A DNA stretch of 64,000 nt, from the NCBI RefSeq assembly GCF_006345805.1, contig NC_043012.1:28210001-28274000 (forward strand), given 5' to 3'. This DNA comes from Octopus sinensis. Taxonomy: Eukaryota. The notes below the pieces were generated by a model. That model saw nothing but the letters and a program-made list of their open reading frames with translations, ran no database searches and was not told the DNA's origin. The position numbers were made by a program, and so were the translations under genes. Position 1 is the stretch's first letter, and each line of letters begins with the position of its first letter. Shown here one piece after another: positions 49,949 through 61,559 of the stretch.

Positions 49949-50290
49949 ATAGGTGCAGGCGTGGCTGTGTGGTTAGAAGTTTGCTTCCAACCACATATTC
50001 CGGGTTGAGATCCACTACGTGGCACCTTGGGTTGGCATCTTCTACTTTAGCCTCGGGCCGACGGAAGCCTTGTGAGTGGATGATTTGGTAGACAGAAACT
50101 GAAAGAAACCTGTCGTAAATGTGTGTGTTTGTGGTTGTCTCCCACCACTGCTTGGCAACCGATATTGTGTTTGCGTTCCCGCAAAGAAAGGGGACGGTAG
50201 AATAAGTACTAGGCTTTAAAAACAATAGAAATATTCATCAAAGCGGTACCTCCAAATTGCTGCAGCCTAATGATTGAAACAAGATAAAAG
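49949..50290 (+). mobile_element. Octopus-type SINE, degenerate full length
   Basis: ataggtgcaggcgtggctgtgtgg... through to tgattgaaacaagataaaag. Confidence 0.8.
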
Positions 50291-50322
50291 ATATATAAAT
50301 GATATAAATAGGATATATATAT

Positions 50323-50374
<52 letters not shown>

Positions 50375-50384
50375 ACAAAAAAAG

Positions 50385-50592
50385 ACGTCAACAAGAAACT
50401 ATGACATTACAGCCAGCCAGGAACAGTCTTCGCTACATTTGCGGTACCTGCCAGAGGGAGTGTTTGTCCAGGATAGGACTACACAGCCACAGCAGGAAAT
50501 GTATCAGGACATGAAATGTAAAAGCTGGACTGGACTATTTTATGCGCAACTCCATTGTCTCCTGAGACAAAAAGAATGCCAACAACAACAGT
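50385..50592 (+). mobile_element. Short 3' fragment of the RTE family at 35883-38577
   Basis: gagtgtttgtccaggataggactacacagccacagcagga...caacaacaac matches the 3' end of the RTE. Confidence 0.85.
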
Positions 50593-50899
50593 CATCCCAT
50601 AAGTTCTGTCCGAATTTTGAATAAAGAAAACAAGTGATCAAATGTTATATTTAATTGATGTTTAATCATCAATGTAATTTCCCTGATTATCTATGACTTT
50701 CTTCCATCTATTTAAGCTTTTTAATCCCATCAATGTAAAACTCTTTTGTCAGTTTCGACTTACTCCTGGCTTGCGAAAGTTATGTCCCCTAAATGATTCT
50801 CTAAACTACGAAACAAATGGTAGTCTGAAGGAACAAGATCGGAAGAATAAGGTGGAGGAAAAGTTTTTACCAACTAAGCTCTTCTATCTTCTGTGATCT

Positions 50900-51550
50900 G
50901 ATCCTTGCAGTGTGGGGTCGCACATTGTCCTGATAAAACATCACTCCTTTTCGATTCACAAAAGCGGGTCTTTTTTACTTCAAAGCTTGGTTGAAACGCT
51001 CTAATTGCTGACACTAGACTTGAGCATTGATTGTTGCATTAGATGGTAACAATTCAAAGTGAATTACTCCTTTGCAATCCCACCAGATAGAGAGAAAAAC
51101 CTTTTTCCCATGAAGTTCCCTTCTCGGTTGTGGTTGAGCTTTTCCCCTTTTATTAAGCCACTATTTACAACGTTTAACATTTCGATAGAAGATCCATTTT
51201 TCGTCACCAGTCACAAGTCTATCCTAAAAGGGTGAAGTGAGTTCGCAAGAATGGGGAGAAGAGCAGATGTCAACTCGGGATTTGCGGTTGCTTTCGGACA
51301 ATTCATGAGGCACTCATTTTCCAAGTTTAGGAACCTTTCCAAGTTGTTGAAGATGACGATAAACAGTTGTATGGTTTGAACTATGTTTTATTGCCAATTC
51401 TTCAACTGATAATGCAGGATTTTCTTCAATGCTTCAAGGAACTTATCATCAAACTCAACTGGACGTCCTGTTTGATCTTCATCTTGAAGGCTGAAATCTT
51501 CACTTCTGAATTTTGCAAACCATCTTCTGCAAGTTCTTTCATTTTGGGAT
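50900..51550 (-). mobile_element. Mariner (DD34D-type) transposase fragment
   Basis: ERTCRRWFAKF..GRP, TGDEKW, WWDCKGVI, YQDNVRPH. Confidence 0.78.
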
Positions 51551-52080
51551 TCTTCTCATAAACCTTGTTCTTTACAACACCCCTCCCCAAAAGAAATCTA
51601 TTGGTGTCAGATCAGGTGAACGTGGTGGCCATTCGATGCTGCCCCGTCTTCCAAACCAACGCTTGGGAAAGGTTTGGTTATGGTTGTCTCTTACTGTCAA
51701 CGCATAATGTGGAGGTGCTCCATCTTGCTGAAAGAACACTTTAGCTTTGGTTCTGAGTTGTGGTACGACCACGTAACGCAGCATTTCCAAGTAGTTCTCT
51801 CCATTTACAGTTCTATCAAAAGAAACGGTCCGATGACACCTTCTCTTGAGAGCGCACTCCAAACTATAACGCCAGGCTGGTTCGGTTGAGAGTCTATAGT
51901 CAAATGGGGATTTTCATCAGCCCAGTACATGCAGTTATGCCTGTTTACATGACCAGATAATTTGAAGCAAGCCTCATCTGACCAGATAATTTGAAGCAAG
52001 CCTCATCTGACCAGATGATCTTATTCAGATAGTCTGGTTGCTCATTAGCAATTTGGTCTCGCATCATTTCGCAGAATTGC
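51550..52080 (-). mobile_element. rosa-family (DD41D) transposase fragment
   Basis: WSDEACF, QQDGAPPH, WPPRSPDLTPID with 41 residues between the second and third D. A 29-bp tandem duplication covers the WSDE motif. Confidence 0.82.
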
Positions 52081-52084
52081 AGCC

Positions 52085-52340
52085 GTAATCGACTTAATCC
52101 GTTTGTCTGTCTTTGTTTGTCCTCTCTGTGTTTAGCCCCTTGTGAGTAGTAAAGAAATAGGTATTTCGTCTGCTGTTACGTTCTAAGTTCAAATTCCGCC
52201 GAGGTCGACTTTGCCTTTCATCCTTTCGGGGTCGATAAATTAAGTACCAGTTACGCTCTGGGATTGATGTAATCGACTTAACCCCTTTGTCCTTGTTTGT
52301 TTCCTCTATGTTTAGCCCCCTGTGGGCAATAAAGAAATAA
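52085..52340 (+). mobile_element. Second octopus SINE family (gaggtcgactttgcctttcatcctttcggggtcgataaa core)
   Basis: B-box-like agttcaaattcc plus conserved core. Reverse copy at 57490-57640. Confidence 0.7.
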
Positions 52341-53646
52341 AGATAAAAGTCTTTATTAGATTAAAAGTAACATTATAAAAGCATGAAGGTAAACCAAAAC
52401 CAATAGTGGCTTATACACCTGAAAATACGGTAATTGTAGTGGCAGTGACAAGTTCGCTCGCCGGTTGCTAGTTGATAGTGTATAAAGGAGGGAAAAGTAA
52501 GGAATGCACGGTGCGGACTAGAAAGGAAGAAAGGATAAAGATGACGAATAGAACAGGGTGGTGATATTTAGTAGAGATGACCCGGAAGTTGTTCCTCTTC
52601 GATTACTATCGTAAACAGCAGTAGCTTCCTTCAACCGAATACACGTCGTTGATTAGTTGAAATTACCCAAATACGACAACTTTAACACGAAATAACTTCT
52701 AAAATAGGAAACTTCGTCAAAAACGTTCAGGGTAAACCGTGTTCTACCTGATAAATTCTACCAGTATTCTAAGTTTCAAACTGTTTTAGTTAAACAAATG
52801 AATTAAATAATCTATGATTGAGATGAAATAGATCCAAAAAGTACTGGTGACGTTCAAAATAATCTGTCTTTTGTCAGGCTCAAGTGTTATGATTTCTGTC
52901 TGCATTTAGGTTTGCTTTGAAGAAAGTGTTTCGCAACTTCCTAATGTGCAAGTCGTTGTCACCACTACCCAGATTAGGCCTCGAAACCAGTTTTATATTA
53001 TGATCAGTAAAACCGAAACCGATTTGCCAAAACCGATTTTAAGGCTTGCTGTTCCGGATCTTTTCAATAAAAGATGTTTTATGTAACACATTCTACCAGT
53101 ATACGAAGTTTAAAAGTGTTTAGTTACAAATAACTATTTTTTAAATGTGCCGGTCAAAGTGAAAAGATCCACTGTTTCTATTTTTTTTTTTTTGCGCAAA
53201 ACATTTCTCCATTTTTTCTTTTCAAGAAATATCGTTGAAACTGAACTAACTGAACTGTTGTCGGTCGCCTTTAGTTGAGAGTGCTGTCTGTTTCATTGAA
53301 ACATATCGCAACATATCAATTCTCACCTTCTTTCCCTTGAACCTTAGATCAGCACCTTGTCATCTCCTTCGCTAACCCCTGGCTGACTCATTGAATTTGC
53401 AGGTAACTGAGTTTATTCATAGCAAGTCAAGGGGATGCTGTTAGTCTTCAGTCGGGTGATCTTTCCCGTTGAGCATATGTAATAACCAGTTCCAGATTCA
53501 TTTCAAGGAAGTAACACTAAATTTTTTGATAAAAAAAAGTGAAGAGATCGCTACAACAGACCATAGTGATCGCTATAACAGACGATAGTGATAGCCATAA
53601 CAGGCGATAGTGATGATGAAGCTGACTTTAGCCAACAAGACATACT

Positions 53647-53794
53647 TTGTCAAACAGATTTGGCTCACGAAAATGCTTGTTTTCCCCCAGCTAAAACCTG
53701 ATTTTAACAAAGTTTTAATTATTTAAAACTTTATTAAATTCAGGTTTTAGCTGGGGGAAAACAAGCATTTTCGTGAGCCAAATCTGTTTGACAA
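53647..53794. repeat. ~148-bp near-perfect palindrome inside the hAT element
   Basis: About 55-bp perfect outer arms plus an imperfect AT-rich inner stem. Confidence 0.85.
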
Positions 53795-54553
53795 TCTGTT
53801 TGTAAGAAAAATTTCAAAACTTTTCCGTAAATCTCCTACAAACAATGAAATTTTGCAAGATTTTGTACGAGCGAACTTTGATAACAGAGAATATACTGGA
53901 TTGCAGAACTCGGTGGAATAACACATTCCATATGATTGATAGATTTTTGAAATTGAAAAGCTGCATTCCAAATGCTCTACGAGCAGAACTTTCCACAGAT
54001 GCCGTCGCTGACGAAGAATGGAAATCTCTCGATTTACTATATGAAATTCTGCATTCAGTAGAAATTATTTTGAAGGCTATTTGCGCTGATGATACGGGTT
54101 TACTGAAAGCGGAATATTCTATAGAATTTTTATTGAATAAACTTAATATCGTCGGCAACCCTTTGGCTCTAAATCTTCGGGAAAAACTTATGCATAGATA
54201 TAATAAGAGAAGAAATGTCGAAACCTTGACTCTCTTGAGGTATTTACATAACCCAAGGAAATTTAAAGGTGAGTCAATTTCTAGACCTTTTCTATTTTTT
54301 AACGAAACAACATTTAAGGAAGTATGCTAAACAAACATAGAGGAGATTATTTCCCAAACATGATGCTGAGAACAGAGAATTATACAAAGAAAATGAAATA
54401 GGAGGGAACCTAAAAACAAGTGTTACTGTTGTCCCATCTACTTATGAAGGTAATGGATTCATTCGTGAATACACAAGCGCAATGAAGAAAATGAATGAAG
54501 AGCCCAAGATGGTAACAGATGGATTTGAAATCTCTAAAGAATTCGGGTACTAT

Positions 54554-54775
54554 GTAAGAAGAGTGATCCCAGTGCGCGCACTCGCGTACTTGCGCATCCG
54601 CGCTAGCTAGTCGTGACTAGTCGATCCTACAACGACTACCTAGCAAAGTAAATAAAACACAAAATAAATAATTTTTTAAAAGTAAATAAAACACAAAAAC
54701 ACAAAGTAAGGATCGACTAGTCACGACTAGTTAGCGCGGGCGCGCGAGTGCGCGCACCGGGACCACTCTTCTTAC
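54554..54775. mobile_element. MITE-like element with ~70-bp GC-rich imperfect TIRs nested in the hAT element
   Basis: gtaagaagagtgatccc.gtgcgcgcactcgcg..ctagtcgtgactagtcgatcct / aggatcgactagtcacgactag..cgcgagtgcgcgcac.gggaccactcttcttac. No clear TSD. Confidence 0.65.
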
Positions 54776-55257
54776 CCGCGAAAACCGGTTTTTAACCGGT
54801 TTTGAGAATTATTTATACTTGAACTCGGTTTTGGGAATTATCGGTTTTTTGCGAGCCCTAATCCAGATCAACATGTATTATAGATTATTAGCTTTTCATT
54901 TTTGCGTGTAATACTTTATTTAAATAGTGAAGTGACCCTATCTTTTATCCCTTTAACACACACACACACACATACGCATACACACACACACACATACACT
55001 CACATATACACATTCACACAAATACCCAGATACACACACACACCACACACACACACACGCACACACAGATACATACACTTTTGCTATTTGTCTCTACCGT
55101 TTCACTTTCCTTCAATTGTGCAACCATTCTTCTCCCAAACAGTAACAATTAGTGCTTTTTCCAGTCGCTCCTTACTTTTTCTCTGCCTCTTTTCCCTTTA
55201 ATTTATTATTTCCTTATTTTTTTCTCATTAGGTCTTTTCTGCTTTCCTGACTCACGC

Positions 55258-55420
<163 letters not shown>

Positions 55421-55709
55421 TCAAACAGCTTTTGATCTTTTTTATTTTTACTTTTATTTCACTCTGTTACACATGTTTTACTCATTTTGAGTTTTACATT
55501 CGTACACATACACGCTTGCACACATAAATTTGCTTTATTCTGAAAAGGTTTTCACGTCTTCATTTGGTATTTTCCCTTCATAAATCGCACAATGACCACC
55601 ACATAGGACCAGCGAGCTGAACGAATTACACCTACTTTACAGATAAATATTTTTTCTCAGCTAGACAATAATGACATTTTGTAGCTGAAGTCATATATCA
55701 TTAATTTTC

Positions 55710-56615
55710 ACTCCTCCTCCTCTCCCCCTCCTCTCCCCCTCCTCCCCACCCTCCTCTCTTCTCCTCCTCCCCATCTCCTCCCTCCTCCTCCCCATCTCCT
55801 CCTCCTCCCTCCTCCTCCTCCACTCATCCTCACACATCCTCACACATCCTCACACATCCCTCCTCCTCCCCCTCCCCTCCTCCTGCTCACACAAAATCCT
55901 CACACATCCTCCTCCTTTTCCCATCCTCCTCCTTCTTCCCATCCTCCTCCTTCTCCCATCCTCCTTCCTTCTCCCACTCCTCCCCTCCCCTCCCCCCCTC
56001 CCACATCTCCCTCCTCCCACATCTCCCTCCTCCTCCAACCTCTCCATCCTCCCTCCCCCCCCTCCCACCTCTCCATCCTCCTCCCTTCCTCCTCTTCCTC
56101 CTCCTCCCAACTCCTCCCACTCCTCCTCCTCTCTCCTCCCCCCCTCCTCCTCACACCACCTCACCACATCCCCTCCTCCCATTTCCCATCCTCCTCTCTC
56201 CCCTCCTCTCCCACCTCCCACCATCCCTCCTCCCACATCTCCCTCCTCCTCCCACCTCTCCATCCTCCCCTCCCCTCCCACCTCCCATCCTCCTCCCTCC
56301 TCTTCCCTCCTCCTCCCACATCCTCCCACATCCTCCTCCTCCTCCTCCCTCCTCCTCCTCACACATCCTCACACATCCTCCTCCTCCTTTTCCCATCCTC
56401 CTCCTTCTCCCCTCCTCCTCCCACCTCCCACATCCCCTCCTCCCACATCTCTCCCTCCTCTCCCTCCTCCTCCCACCTCCCATCCTCCCCCCCCTCCCCC
56501 CACCTCTCCCTCTCTTTCTCCCACCTCTCCCTCCTCCCACATCTCCCTCCCTCCCCTCCCCCTCTCCCCTCCCCTCCCCTCTTCTTCTTCTTCTTCTTCT
56601 TCTTCTTCTTTCTCT
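55710..56615. repeat. ~900-bp C/T-rich (CCT)n-based low-complexity tract
   Basis: Direct reading; strong strand asymmetry. Confidence 0.9.
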
Positions 56616-57489
56616 TCGAAAATTTTGATATCCCCCTGTGTAAATGATAATCGTGTATAAGCAAGAAAAAAAAACAATATAAAAACAAAAAAAAAACACT
56701 CTGGATTAACTTCCACTTTGGTTTCTTCATGTGATCACAAGCCATGCTTATACTTTTATGATTGATAATTCCCGTAAAGCCATGTTTGGTAAGTAAACCA
56801 AGCGGACACCAGTTATAGCATTTCTTTTTATGAAGTAGAGACGAAATAAGTGCGCCGACAGCTGGTATAGGAATTGTAAGAGAATCAGGTCTGTTCTGAG
56901 TAGGTTTTGTAACATCATTTAACACTTTGAAGACCTATGAACAAATTGCTGCCAAATAGCTCCTGATAACTATGTCAGTTTGTGATTACAGTCAGACTAT
57001 ACATACTCTTTCAGTTAAACTCTTTATTCATCAGTCAAATTGCCGAATATTAATTATTTCGTAGTGTCCTGTAACAAGAGATAGACCGTAATCCATATAC
57101 ACGTACATCATCATATAGAATTCATATGATCTACGTGGGTGATGTGATTCTTCTTGTACAACTTATTTTACACCACAAATTCAGATCTCCAGGTTAGCAT
57201 CAGGATCCAAATTTCACTATGCCGTGTTTGTATACTATCGTGGAGTTTTAATTCTAAAATTATTTAAGAACAAAACTAAACGTATATGGTTTCATAGAAT
57301 CAATTCATATTCCCTATAGTATGTTACGTAATCATTACTCAGTACGTATAACAAGACGTACAGAGGAAAGATTATGAACGATTTTGCAACTCGTAACTTC
57401 TATGGAAGTTATGCTACGTAAGCTACTGCACATACTTGATATAGTGAGCCTCCTTCCCAAATTGAATCAGCTAAAATTATTTTCTACTC

Positions 57490-57640
57490 TAGGCACATGG
57501 CCCGAAATTTTTAGGGGAGGGTCCAGTCGATTAGATCGACCCCAGTACGCAACTGGTACTTAATTTATTGACCCCGAAAGGATGAAAGGCAAAGTCGACC
57601 TCGGAATTTGAACTCAGAACGTAAACAGACAAAATACATC
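57490..57640 (-). mobile_element. SINE fragment (family of 52085-52340)
   Basis: Reverse complement core ccccgaaaggatgaaaggcaaagtcgacctcgg. Confidence 0.75.
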
Positions 57641-58895
57641 AATAATCAGCAAGATGTTCGAAACCATCCTTAAGAAAAGTATGATGCTCCACCTCCAAAA
57701 CACAGCCTCTATCTCTGATTCCCAACACGGCTTCGTGCCGAAGAGATCATGCTTGACCAACTTACTGGTAATGGAAGAATTGGTGACGCGCATCCTCGAT
57801 GATAGTGACGCTGTTGACATCGTTTTATTGAACTTTGCCAAAGCTTTTGACTCAGTAAACCACCGCCTATTACTTGTCAAACTTCAAGCATATAGTTTCC
57901 ATCCGGATATTGTCCAAGTTAATGGCTCGTGGTCCGACGTCTCCAGTGCGAGCAGTGGCGTGCCTCAAGGTTCAGTGCTTGGGCCCTTATTGTTCTTAGT
58001 CTTCATAAATGACTTGCCCGACGACCTCTTCGGTTTCCTATTTGCCGACGATGTCAAACTGCTCGCTCCTCGCGGTGATATAGAGGATCTTCGTCGATGC
58101 CTCCACAAATTTGGAAGTGGTCTAACGAATGTGTTTGAACGTGTCAAAGGGCTGTCATCTGCCTGTTAGCTCTCCTCCTGCAACTCAACTTGATCTCGAG
58201 CCGGGTCGTCTGCTGCTGGAGAGGACCGATCAGGTAAAGGACCTGGGTATCTTGGTGGATTCTTCCTTTTCGCCTTCGGCCCAGTGCGTCCATGGTGCCA
58301 ACAAAGCACGCGGAGTTCTGTTCTTGATTCGACGGTCATTCGGAATGCTCACAGCAGCCATATTCCTACCTCTCTATGTCACGCTGGTGAGACCCATATT
58401 GGAGTACGGGATTCAAGCCTCTTTTCCTTATCTCCTCAAAGACATACAGCATCTCGAAAGAGTCCAGAAGCTGGCTACCCGCATGGTTCTTGGTCTCAAG
58501 AATTTGTCTTATGAAGAAAGGCTGAAGACGCTCGACCTTTATTCTCTAGAAAAACAACGACCCCGTGGAGATCTCATTCTTGCTCACAACATCATAAGCG
58601 GAAAGTATAACCTCTCGAAAGAGCTGTTCTTCACTCCTGCTCCAGAGCGTCGGCTGCGGGATCATTCCGAAAAGCTCTACCTGCGACGATTTCATTTCAA
58701 TCGAAGGAGAAGGGCTTTCTCCGTCCGGGTTGCGGATCCGTGGAATAAGCTGCCAGACGAGATGGTGAAGATGCCGACGACCGCTCGGTTCAAAGTCTCC
58801 CTTGACCTCAAGTGGCCTGAACTCTTTACATGAACACCACCCTGTACATAACTCCATGTCCCCCTACATGGCCTTGCTCTTTGATTTTTGAGCCA
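57640..58895 (+). mobile_element. 5'-truncated CR1-group LINE, paralog of 25062-26299
   Basis: Near-identical protein, with a 42-bp deletion at about 57913 and a frameshift at about 58130. Confidence 0.92.
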
Positions 58896-58950
58896 AAAAG
58901 TTAACGCCCGGAGTGCTAACGATTCTGCACCCACAATAAAAAGAAAAGCC

Positions 58951-59363
58951 CTCTTTTACTCTTTTACTTGTTTCAGTCATTTGGCTGCAGCCATGCTGGA
59001 GCACCGCCTTTAGTCGAGCAAATCGACCACCAGGACTTATTCTTTGTAAGCGTAGTTCTTATTCTATCGGTCTCTTATGCCGAACCGCTAGGTTACGGCG
59101 ACGTAAACACACCACCATCGGTTGTCAAGCGATGTTAGGGGGGGGGGACAAATACAGACACACAAACATATACACATACACTTATATACATATATACGAC
59201 GGGCTTCTTACAGTTTCCGTCTATCAAATACCCTCACAAGGCTTTGGTCGGCCCGAGGCTATAGTAGAAGACACTTGCCCAAGGTAGCACGCAGTGGGAC
59301 TGAACCCGGAACCATGTGGTTGTGAAGCAAGCTACTTACCACACAGCCACTCCTGCACCTATT
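58951..59363 (-). mobile_element. Octopus tRNA-derived SINE, full length
   Basis: Head ataggtgcaggagtggctgtgtggtaag..., B-box-like gggttcagtccc, tail ...gaaacaagtaaaagagtaaaagag. Confidence 0.88.
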
Positions 59364-59859
59364 AGAGTTAATCATAATTCTAAAGCAAGGGGGACAACTC
59401 TAAACTTTAAATTGAATGGTGGTATACAGTGGATGTAAGTTTGAACTTTGGTAAGTACGATGACAATTTTGGAGATGTTTGAGTCATAGATTACTTCCTC
59501 AGTGGAGTATAGACTTAATCCTACTTAACCTGATACTATATACGATGAGTTTGAATCGATCCAAATTTCTTAAATTAGTGTGCTTTAAATACTTGGGTCT
59601 ATTGTTGCTCTTGCTATTACAGCTGTAGTTAATTCTGCTTCCATTTCGGCTACCTCTTCTACAATTTTTACGATTCCTTTTTTTAAAAATATTTTTTAGC
59701 TGAAGTTATGGTTTATATTGTTGCTTCTGCAGTTCCATTATTGCTGGTACAATTGTAAATGTTCTTTTCATGTTGAAAATATGTCAGTATACTTAGATTT
59801 TATTGCTGTCATTATTTTTACGGATGCATTAGCGTGTGATATATAAATAGGCACACACA

Positions 59860-59884
59860 AACACACATGGACACACACATATAC

Positions 59885-59917
<33 letters not shown>

Positions 59918-59923
59918 TGCATA

Positions 59924-59985
<62 letters not shown>

Positions 59986-60047
59986 TATGTATATATATAT
60001 ATGCTTATATATGGGTTATATATGCATCAATATACATTTATATATGC

Positions 60048-60092
<45 letters not shown>

Positions 60093-60104
60093 CATATATA
60101 TATG

Positions 60105-60184
<80 letters not shown>

Positions 60185-60290
60185 TATATATATATATATA
60201 AAGTGTAAGAGACAGAGAGAGTGTGTGTGTCTGTGTGAGTGTATATGTGTGTGTCTGTGTTTGTATGTCTGTTTGCGAGTGTGTGTGTAT
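59860..60290. repeat. Long (TA)n/(TATG)n/(TG)n microsatellite
   Basis: Direct reading. Confidence 0.95.
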
Positions 60291-60665
60291 GTTGGTTATT
60301 ATATAGTAATGTGCCTGTGACTGCGTGGTGAGCATGTGTGCGAATCAACTTCAGGGAATATACTGAACCTGGATTGGTTTATGCATCATGTGTTGACGAA
60401 TTTGAGTGGAAGAATCAAAAGGAGAAGAATAAGGGGGGGGGGGTGAGTGGGTTGCAGTGGGAAGTGGGGAAGCCGTGTGAAAAACAAGAGGAAAGCAAAA
60501 GAGAAGGAAAAAGAACAACAACAATTAAAAGAAGAGAGAGAGAGAAAGAGAGAGAAGAATGACATATAAATAAAAACAACAACAAAGCGAGGAAGGACAA
60601 AAAGTTTAGTTTTCAGTCATTAGACTGTACCAGCAGCTGTTATGGTCATTGGCAGTGAACAGCAG

Positions 60666-60737
<72 letters not shown>

Positions 60738-60797
60738 TGTGTATATATGTGTGTGTGTGTGTGAGAGAGAGAAAGAGAGAGAGTGAGTGAGTTCGTG

Positions 60798-60828
<31 letters not shown>

Positions 60829-61559
60829 ACATGTATATATACATTCATCCACATATACTCACATACACACTGAACCACATTATGTATGTGTGTTTAGGTT
60901 TGGAAGTTGTGAAACAGAAAAGCGTGGGAAGGCATAACATGTAACTTGAAAATTAGAACATTATTCAAGAAATGCCAAACAGCTGGGGGTGAGTTTGGAT
61001 TAAAAGATATTGGAGTATATGAGATTTGCAAGAAAAGATGAACTCGAGTTCGGGTTCGAATTTAATGCAACATTTCAATTTAGCCTACACCGAATTCCTT
61101 ATGGTGCTTCTTAACTAATTTGGTTCTAATTACTAATTTAGTTTTAAGTTAACCTGAGGGTATATTTTTAAAAGTGTTTGATAAGCATAAGTTTCAAAGA
61201 TTTCTTGTTTGGATGCATTATGGGTTAGATGTGAGTAATAATATTTTATAATTAATAGTAATGAGTTAGATAATTAATGTTAGGATTGAATTAAAATAGG
61301 TTAAAATGTCAAGTTTACTTTTACTTCTAAATACGCACTGGTATGCCGAATTATGCACATTTGTAATTACACAGTCCATATAATACACCTGTAAAAGTGA
61401 CATCGAATTCGAGGCACGAATCCAATCACAACTTCTAATCATGCATCGTTTGTTTATAAAATGAATTCAACTATGGACTAATAATTACACCACTGACATT
61501 TCCAAAATCACTCATAACTGAAAGCTGAACGCATATTTTGAAATGATTTTTGCTCTTGT

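Larger units (their letters stand above)
52975..54860 (+). mobile_element. Internally deleted hAT transposon with 8-bp TSD
   Basis: Ends taggcctcg / cgagcccta; subterminal AAACCG/CGGTTT arrays; TSD acccagat / atccagat (7/8); transposase fragment VRKISKLFRKSP..LDCRTRWNNT (53845-54330). Confidence 0.85.

Noticed and set aside
56700-56950. Possible host exon (minus-strand ~80-aa frame after ttgttcatag, or a plus-strand 47-nt exon ending TTG|GTAAGT)
   Set aside because: No recognisable protein motif, the two readings conflict, and there are no partner exons. RNA-seq or a homology search is needed.
59290-59363. tRNA-like sequence (also 24960-25027 and 49949-50030)
   Set aside because: These are SINE heads continuing into the SINE body with no complete cloverleaf, so they are not tRNA genes.
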